IMG/VR virus record: IMGVR_UViG_3300048909_000182
Reading direction: 5' to 3' (one strand)
Length of the DNA: 26,724 bases
DNA from: a virus
Shown here: positions 22,214 through 26,724 of the stretch, piece after piece
Layout of the letters: each line of letters begins with the position of its first letter
Position numbering within the stretch: position 1 is the first letter of the stretch
Program-made: the position numbers and the translations under genes
Notes under the pieces: generated by a model
What the model was told of the DNA's origin: nothing
Database searches by the model: none
The model's input: the letters and a program-made list of their open reading frames with translations, nothing else

Positions 22214-23331
22214 ACCGCCGCCTGGTGGGCGCCGCAGGGGCAGAACGCGAGCCCGTGCCGGACGCGGTGGACACGGGTGTAGCCGCACCGTTCGCAGTGG
22301 ATGTAGGCGAGCCCGTGCGGCCGGGTCTGGTATTCGGTGTATTCGTGCCAGCGCTCGAGCGTCTGCACGGTCGCTATCAGCTGTTGGCTGGCGAGTTTGC
22401 GGAGGTGGTCGTGGAGGCCGGCGCGGAGGTTGGCGTCGCTGATGTCGGGTGTGACGGTGCGGATGGTGTCGGCGACGGCGGCGAGGTAGTCGACGATGTC
22501 GTAGCCGTCGTGGTCGAGCGGTGACGGGTCGAGCGGGGCAAGGACTGCGACGCCGGCGGCGAGGAGCTGGACGCTGACGTCGTATGCGTGGCGGCGGCCT
22601 GGCTGGTCGCAGTCGCAGATCGTCAGGACGGTCGCGCCGGTGAAGGGTTTGCTGTGGTGTTCGTGCCATTTGCCGGCGCCGCCGGCGTTGGTGGTCGCGA
22701 AGAACCCGATCCGGTCGAGCGCGTCGACGGCTTTTTCGCCTTCGACGATCAGGATCCGGCGGCCCTGGCGGGCATGCGCGATGACTTCGGGGAGCCGGTA
22801 GATGGGAAGGTGGGCGCCGTTCAGTCCTGTCGCCCAGCCTTCGCCGTCGGGGCGTTCCTGCCAGATCCTTTTTTGGCCGTCGGCGAGGTCAAGGCGTCTG
22901 ACGCGGCCTACCGGCCGGCTGTGCTGGTCGACGTACACCCAGTTTCGGTCTTGGACGACGGGGTTGTCGGCGAGGTTGTCCCAGTCGATCTGGCCGCCGA
23001 ACCCGGCCGGTTCCGGCGGTGGTGATGGTGGCGGTGGAGTGGGTTCGACGGGTTTGCGTTTCGACCGTTTCGGCGGGTCGAGGATGCCGTAGTCGGTCGC
23101 GAGCTGGCGGGCTTCGTCGCGGTCGTAGACGCCAAGGAGCTGTAAGGCGTCGAGGATGCCGCCTTTACTGCCGCAGGCGAAGCATTTAAAGCCGCCGGAT
23201 CGAAGATGAACACGGGCGGACGGGTGCCGGTCGTGGTGGCGGCCGGCGAAACAGCGTGTCGATGCCCACCCGTCTTGGAGTGGTGGTAGCCGGACCCCGA
23301 AGCGGCGATACAGCTCGGTGACGTCAGACAC
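22210..23331 (-). CDS. DNA primase (CHC2 zinc finger + Toprim domain)
   Basis: 373 aa. CFAGRHHDRHPSARVHLRSGGFKCFACGSKGGILD is a CHC2 zinc finger. ILIVEGEKAVDAL...ATTNAGGAGKW...TICDCDQPGRRHA is Toprim. There is an extra C-terminal Cys cluster CERCG...CPCG. Confidence 0.85.
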   Translation of the reverse strand: MSDVTELYRRFGVRLPPLQDGWASTRCFAGRHHDRHPSARVHLRSGGFKCFACGSKGGILDALQLLGVYDRDEARQLATDYGILDPPKRSKRKPVEPTPPPPSPPPEPAGFGGQIDWDNLADNPVVQDRNWVYVDQHSRPVGRVRRLDLADGQKRIWQERPDGEGWATGLNGAHLPIYRLPEVIAHARQGRRILIVEGEKAVDALDRIGFFATTNAGGAGKWHEHHSKPFTGATVLTICDCDQPGRRHAYDVSVQLLAAGVAVLAPLDPSPLDHDGYDIVDYLAAVADTIRTVTPDISDANLRAGLHDHLRKLASQQLIATVQTLERWHEYTEYQTRPHGLAYIHCERCGYTRVHRVRHGLAFCPCGAHQAAV

Positions 23332-23334
23332 GGT

Positions 23335-23964
23335 TTAGAAGGGGATGTCGTCGTCCGGTTTCGGTGCCTCTTCGCCTTCGGGCAGGGCCGGCATGTCCTG
23401 GTTGCGTTGCAGCGCGTCGTAGTCGACCGGCCGCGCGGGCCCTTCGTCGTCCTCGACGCGAACGAGGCGGAAGTCGTGGTAGCTCTGGTTCGGGTTCGAC
23501 TGCGACTGCTTCATGCCGCGGTAGCGGATCGCGATGACGTCCCCGGGCTGCAGCCTGAGCCTGAACAGCTGCGCATACAGCGCGCCGGATTCGTTGCACC
23601 AGACCGTCCACTCCGTCCCGTCAGTTGCCCTGACCTCGACGACGGCGCTGTAGGTCCCGAACGTCTTCGACGGGCCAACCCTCGGATCGATCCGGAGCAC
23701 CAATCCGACGATCTGGTCGGGGTGCCCCGTCCCGGTTTTCTGCGGCATCCAGGCGGGCGGGAACTCACGGTCGAGGGCTGCGCTCGCGCGCTTCTCGATC
23801 GCCTCCTTCTGCTCCCGCAGCGCCGGATCCAGTTGCGCTTCGCGTTCCGCCTGTTCCCTACGGCGGCGTTCTTCGGCCTCGGCCTTCTCCTGAGCGGCGA
23901 GCTGGTCGAGCTGGGCTTGGAGTTCCTGTCGGCGCTGTTCAACGTCGACGCTCGTGTCAGTCAT
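23335..23964 (-). CDS. SSB-like protein (N-terminal coiled coil, OB-fold-like core, C-terminal DDDIPF tip)
   Basis: 209 aa; GAGGAGG precedes the ATG. It ends ...EEAPKPDDDIPF, the hallmark acidic tip of bacterial and phage SSBs, and lies next to the primase gene. Confidence 0.6.
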   Translation of the reverse strand: MTDTSVDVEQRRQELQAQLDQLAAQEKAEAEERRRREQAEREAQLDPALREQKEAIEKRASAALDREFPPAWMPQKTGTGHPDQIVGLVLRIDPRVGPSKTFGTYSAVVEVRATDGTEWTVWCNESGALYAQLFRLRLQPGDVIAIRYRGMKQSQSNPNQSYHDFRLVRVEDDEGPARPVDYDALQRNQDMPALPEGEEAPKPDDDIPF

Positions 23965-24250
23965 GGTCCTCCTCTTCGAGGTCGGGTTGGGTTTCCAGCC
24001 AGGTTTCAGGCCAGGCCACGTCGGTTTCCCCCATCGCGGTCTGGGTCGGGCAGTGCTCGAACGTGGTCTCGTTAATCCGGCGGTAGCGCGCCTGGCCGAC
24101 GCGAGTGACGTAGACGGTGTGGCCGTCCCAGTCCCGTTCGACGTCTTCGTCTTCCCAGTCGAGCGTGATGTAATTGCGGGCCGGGTTGACCCGGGTTCTT
24201 TGGCCGTCGAAGGGGCCGCCGATCAGGTTGACCATCTGGCCCCAACTCAT
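23957..24250 (-). CDS. hypothetical acidic protein (97 aa from ATG 24250; TTG 24274 alternative)
   Basis: MSWGQMVNLIGGPFDGQRTRVNPARNYITLDWEDEDVE... High GC3; the stop overlaps the SSB-like start by 8 nt. Confidence 0.55.
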   Translation of the reverse strand: MSWGQMVNLIGGPFDGQRTRVNPARNYITLDWEDEDVERDWDGHTVYVTRVGQARYRRINETTFEHCPTQTAMGETDVAWPETWLETQPDLEEEDHD

Positions 24251-24308
24251 CGCATCCGCCAGGCGAGGACGCAAAGCAGCAGCGTGAAGAGAACGATCAC
24301 GAGAGCGG

Positions 24309-24530
24309 TTATCCGCGCCGTTCGTGTCGGGTGGGGTCGGGGATCTCGTCGAGCTCGTCGGCCCAGACGTTCACGGGGCGTTGGCCGCGGACGGAGACCC
24401 AGTACAGCCAGCGCGGCAGCGGCAGCGACCCGGGCTCACGGGTGGAGTACGGCGGCTGCCATTGCTGGACGTCGGTGATCCGGCCGGTCTCGCCGGTCGC
24501 CTTCAGCCGTACGAGGTCACCGCGTCGCAT
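24309..24530 (-). CDS. hypothetical 73-aa protein
   Basis: ATG at 24530, MRRGDLVRLKATGETGRITDVQQWQPPY... Only this C-terminal part of the 168-aa track ORF looks protein-like; the upstream part is out-of-frame overlap with 24517..24786. Confidence 0.5.
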   Translation of the reverse strand: MRRGDLVRLKATGETGRITDVQQWQPPYSTREPGSLPLPRWLYWVSVRGQRPVNVWADELDEIPDPTRHERRG

Positions 24531-24786
24531 TGCCTGGTCCGTGGTAGTTCTCGAGGTGGGACGCGTGCAGGAATCGTTGCCCGCGCATGACGCCTTTGCG
24601 GTAGAGACCGGTGGTGATGCTGTCGTCAGCGGCGCAGCGGCGGCAGCGGAGCGCCTGGTCAGTCTTCGGCCCTGCGCATTGCGGGCAGATGTGGCCGAAG
24701 CGCCAGTCGCCGCTGTTGGCGCGCGGGTAGAGCTTGCCGGTCTTCGACCGCTTGTAGCTCGTGCCGCCTGTCGCTGGACGTGCCAT
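24517..24786 (-). CDS. hypothetical zinc-ribbon protein (89 aa)
   Basis: CPQC...CRRC pair (GHICPQCAGPKTDQALRCRRCAADD). The ATG directly follows the SLT gene stop (TAGATG). Confidence 0.55.
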   Translation of the reverse strand: MARPATGGTSYKRSKTGKLYPRANSGDWRFGHICPQCAGPKTDQALRCRRCAADDSITTGLYRKGVMRGQRFLHASHLENYHGPGNATR

Positions 24787-25329
24787 CTATCTGCACTGCC
24801 ATTCGTCGCGGCCATGCGCGAGCATCCAGCCGCCAGCGAGCGCGCTCGCGTAGGGCGAAAAGAGGCTGAACCTCGCGAACGGGGTCGTCGCCCAGGTCGA
24901 AGGAAGGAATTGCATCAACCCGCTTGCGCCGGACGGGTTTCGCGCGAGCGGGTTGAGCGTCGACTCGCATGATGCCTTGCGCCAGAGGTCGGCTTCGTGG
25001 CCGTAGACGGTGGCGGCAAGGTCCAGTGCCTCGCTGACGTCCGGACGGTGCACGAGGACGTAGCGCTGCCGGGCGAGCCGGCGTTGCAGCCGTTCGACGA
25101 TCTGGCGTTCTCGTCGGAACCTGAGCGCCCACCGTTCGGGGCCAAGGCCGTCGAACCGGATCTGGCCTTTGCCGATGACGCGGCGGTGGCCGTCGCCGAA
25201 GTGCGGCTCGAGGCCACGGAGCGCACTGCCGGCCAATGCTGCCGCGCGCGCCATCGCGACGATCACGAGCGCGAGCAGGGCGACGCAGAGCGCGATCGCG
25301 GTCCGGCGGCTCGCGGTGTGGGGACTCAT
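24787..25329 (-). CDS. membrane-anchored SLT-domain lytic transglycosylase
   Basis: ATG at 25329 (ATGA overlap with the upstream micro-ORF). N-terminal TM helix TAIALCVALLALVIVAMARAAALA. C-terminal ASCESTLNPLARNPSGASGLMQFLPSTW is the canonical SLT motif set (catalytic E-S, GLMQ, TW). Confidence 0.8.
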   Translation of the reverse strand: MSPHTASRRTAIALCVALLALVIVAMARAAALAGSALRGLEPHFGDGHRRVIGKGQIRFDGLGPERWALRFRRERQIVERLQRRLARQRYVLVHRPDVSEALDLAATVYGHEADLWRKASCESTLNPLARNPSGASGLMQFLPSTWATTPFARFSLFSPYASALAGGWMLAHGRDEWQCR

Positions 25330-25412
25330 CGGCGCCAGTCCCTGTCGGTGGACATGGCGCCGAAGACGAATCCGATCGCGACGCCGAGGAGGAAGAGGAG
25401 GGCAGCGGTCAT
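25326..25412 (-). CDS. 28-aa single-TM micro-protein
   Basis: Hand translation: MTAALLFLLGVAIGFVFGAMSTDRDWRR. ATGA overlaps with both flanking genes. Confidence 0.5.
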   Translation of the reverse strand: MTAALLFLLGVAIGFVFGAMSTDRDWRR

Positions 25413-25621
25413 AGCGCAACCGCCTGCTCGACCTCTTCGTCGTCGAGGTCGACGTCGCTGGCCTCGAGCTCCTCGACGCGCTCGAGCAGGAGCCTGGTCG
25501 CGAGCAGGGCGATGCAGGCGAGCTCGATCGTGGGCGGGTCGTGCCGGTCGACGGCCGCGCGCTCGACGTCGAGGAGCGCTTGCTCTGCGCGGACCGCGAG
25601 GCGTTTGAGGCCGGTCTTCAC
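25409..25621 (-). CDS. hypothetical helical acidic protein (70 aa)
   Basis: GTG start overlapping the upstream stop (GTGA). High GC3; no motif recognised. Confidence 0.55.
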   Translation of the reverse strand: MKTGLKRLAVRAEQALLDVERAAVDRHDPPTIELACIALLATRLLLERVEELEASDVDLDDEEVEQAVAL

Positions 25622-25941
25622 TCGCCGCCCTCGACCTCGGCGATGACTTCGACGGTGACACGGATCGACTGGCCTTCGAACTGTTCGAGGAAATCGCTGA
25701 GCGACCGCCCCGCCGGATGTAGCGTCAGGTCGGTTTCGCTGCCGTAGTGGCGGACGGTGAGCAGTCCCTCAAGCCGATTACTGGGGTTCGAGGCTGAAGG
25801 GGGTTTCGGCTCGTCGACCTTGACGCCGATCGCGGGGTTGCCGCCGGACTTCCAGCAGTCGGCGCACTCGTTGAACCACGGGTCGCGACACTGCGGGTAG
25901 CAGTACCGCCGTTTACTGGGGTTCGAGGCCGACAGGCTCAC
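25618..25941 (-). CDS. hypothetical 107-aa protein carrying two copies of the SASNPS-encoding element
   Basis: GTG at 25941 overlaps the upstream stop. MSLSASNPSKRRYCYPQCRDPWFNECADCW... (Cys-rich module), then PPSASNPSNRLEGLL... (second module). Confidence 0.6.
   Translation of the reverse strand: MSLSASNPSKRRYCYPQCRDPWFNECADCWKSGGNPAIGVKVDEPKPPSASNPSNRLEGLLTVRHYGSETDLTLHPAGRSLSDFLEQFEGQSIRVTVEVIAEVEGGE
25780..25794 (+). repeat. 15-nt iterated element, copy D (internal to the 107-aa ORF)
   Basis: Exact ACTGGGGTTCGAGGC; encodes ASNPS in frame. Confidence 0.9.
25915..25929 (+). repeat. 15-nt iterated element, copy C (codons 5-9 of the 107-aa ORF)
   Basis: Exact ACTGGGGTTCGAGGC followed by CGACAGGCTCAC (start codon GTG). 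Confidence 0.9.
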
Positions 25942-26498
25942 TCGCCCTCCCGTAGTGCGCTCAGAAGGTCAGCGATCTCCGCGAGGCGCGGCCAGTTCTT
26001 CGATGTCGCGTGAAAGCGCAGATAACTCTCGGCGAGGCGCATGTCACGGTGTGATACAATGTGCTCATGGCTAAGACAACGAAGGTTCCGGTCGGCGTCC
26101 TCATCGCTGAGCGCGACGCCGCGGTAAGCGTTCGGATGCCCGGACTGATCAGGGAACGTATGGAAGAGCAAGCGGCGCAAGAAGGCCGCAGCCTGTCGAG
26201 CATGGTTACGTTCGCGCTTTACCAGTGGTTGAACGAGCGCGGCTGAGTTGCCGACCACCGTCCACCAGGGTTCCCCGAGGACGTAGACGCGGACGATCTC
26301 GTCGCGCGTGTGGTTCGCCAGATGCCGTTCGAGCTTCGCCGTCGCAACCTTCATCGCGTCGGCTATCGGCCCGTCGAACTCCGCGCCGCAGATTCGGCAG
26401 CGACGAGCGACCGCTCGCGACGGCTTGCACGTCCGGCATGGACAGTCGGGGTTGTGCGACTGCGGTAGAACCTGTTTGAGGTCGTAGCCAGCCATCAC
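25938..26498 (-). CDS. hypothetical 186-aa ORF (N-terminal Cys-cluster module); its middle third is antisense to the RHH gene
   Basis: GTG-ATG start overlapping the mini-ORF stop. CPCRTC...CRIC cluster. By hand count, GC3 is about 82% in codons 1-84 and falls to about 63% over the 60 codons opposite the RHH gene. No in-frame stop occurs until 25938. Confidence 0.5.
   Translation of the reverse strand: MMAGYDLKQVLPQSHNPDCPCRTCKPSRAVARRCRICGAEFDGPIADAMKVATAKLERHLANHTRDEIVRVYVLGEPWWTVVGNSAALVQPLVKRERNHARQAAAFLRRLLFHTFPDQSGHPNAYRGVALSDEDADRNLRCLSHEHIVSHRDMRLAESYLRFHATSKNWPRLAEIADLLSALREGE
26052..26060 (+). promoter_or_regulatory. extended -10 promoter element TGaTACAAT, 6 nt upstream of ATG 26067 (leaderless-type)
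   Basis: TG at 26052-26053 and TACAAT at 26055-26060, with no Shine-Dalgarno sequence before the ATG. The surrounding 60 bp are about 53% G+C by hand count, well below the neighbours. Confidence 0.5.
26067..26246 (+). CDS. ribbon-helix-helix (CopG/Arc/MetJ-type) DNA-binding protein, 59 aa, nested antisense in the early operon
   Basis: MAKTTKVPVGVLIAERDAAVSVRMPGLIRERMEEQAAQEGRSLSSMVTFALYQWLNERG = beta-strand (VSVRMP), helix A (GLIRERMEEQAAQEG), RS-turn, helix B (LSSMVTFALYQWL). It has its own promoter-like element. GC3 is 44/60 by hand count. Confidence 0.65.
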   Translation: MAKTTKVPVGVLIAERDAAVSVRMPGLIRERMEEQAAQEGRSLSSMVTFALYQWLNERG

Positions 26499-26539
26499 GT
26501 CTTCGGCCTATAACTGGGGTTCGAGGCTGGCAGGCTCAT
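26495..26539 (-). CDS. 14-codon mini-ORF MSLPASNPSYRPKT carrying copy B of the iterated element
   Basis: The ATG overlaps the upstream stop (ATGA) and its TGA overlaps the downstream GTG (GTGA). Whether it is translated is unknown. Confidence 0.35.
   Translation of the reverse strand: MSLPASNPSYRPKT
26513..26527 (+). repeat. 15-nt iterated element, copy B
   Basis: Exact ACTGGGGTTCGAGGC followed by TGGCAGGCTCAT (start codon ATG). Confidence 0.9.
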
Positions 26540-26724
26540 CTCAGCGCCCTTGCGGCACACGTCGGGCAATCACCACCGACGCCGGAGCAACCAGACGTGC
26601 GTCCCGTTTCGATCTCGAACCCAGGACACGGATACGCCGCCGCGTATGCGGCCAGCGCGCTTTCCAGTTCCCGCACCCGAGCTTCGAGAAGCTCAGTCTC
26701 GTGCCTAGAACTGGGGTTCGAGGC
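26536..26724 (-). CDS. same junction-spanning hypothetical gene, 3' part as seen at the right window edge (lacks the first 5 codons)
   Basis: In-frame continuation of the ORF above. The stop TGA at 26538-26536 overlaps the ATG of the next mini-ORF (ATGA). Confidence 0.6.
   Translation of the reverse strand, partial: ASNPSSRHETELLEARVRELESALAAYAAAYPCPGFEIETGRTSGCSGVGGDCPTCAARALR
26598..26724. repeat. terminal direct repeat, copy 2 (identical to 1..127)
   Basis: Same comparison as copy 1. Unique genome length is therefore 26,597 bp. Confidence 0.95.

Noticed and set aside
24309-24815. 168-aa ORF taken at full length.
   Set aside because: Its first 95 codons overlap the zinc-ribbon gene (24517-24786) out of frame and are Ala/Arg/Thr-rich. 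Only the part from ATG 24530 looks like protein.

Overview
The window is one complete, circularly closed small phage genome. Bases 1-127 are repeated exactly at 26598-26724, so the unique sequence is 26,597 bp, and one small ORF is intact only across the joined ends. Codon usage looks actinobacterial: G/C-rich third positions, GTG/TTG starts and many ATGA/GTGA stop-start overlaps. The content is that of a temperate siphovirus-type actinophage or excised prophage.

Almost everything lies on the minus strand as one long, translationally coupled series:
- a ParB-like protein and a small DPPW methyltransferase (1405 down to 139);
- a block of small early ORFs wrapping the junction down to about 24250, including a membrane-anchored SLT lytic transglycosylase;
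- an SSB-like protein ending DDDIPF, a CHC2-Toprim primase and a winged-helix protein;
- a 183-bp non-coding control region with three related palindromes;
- the late genes: Ig-like and collagen-like fibre proteins, an HNH-endonuclease::large-terminase fusion, HK97-type portal, prohead protease and major capsid protein, head-tail joining proteins, major tail protein, G/G-T chaperones with a CCCTTTG -1 slippery site, tape measure, distal-tail and LamG-type minor tail proteins, a glycine-rich fibre with three tandem repeats, a CHAP endolysin and a holin-like protein.

A lysogeny module occupies 1441-4641. It holds a tRNA-3'-end-like attP core, a tyrosine integrase, divergent XRE-type HTH genes, a second HTH gene and a secreted cysteine-containing moron on the plus strand. 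As written, both the integrase and the plus-strand CI/Cro-like HTH gene are split by single extra G/C bases.

The most unusual observations are:
1. an exact 15-nt element iterated four times, in frame, at the starts of consecutive early ORFs;
2. a ribbon-helix-helix gene with an extended -10, leaderless-type promoter nested antisense inside one of those ORFs;
3. HNH fused to TerL with no recognisable small terminase;
4. a palindromic operator-like triad between the replication and late genes.

No rRNA, complete tRNA, CRISPR array, transposase or reverse transcriptase was seen.
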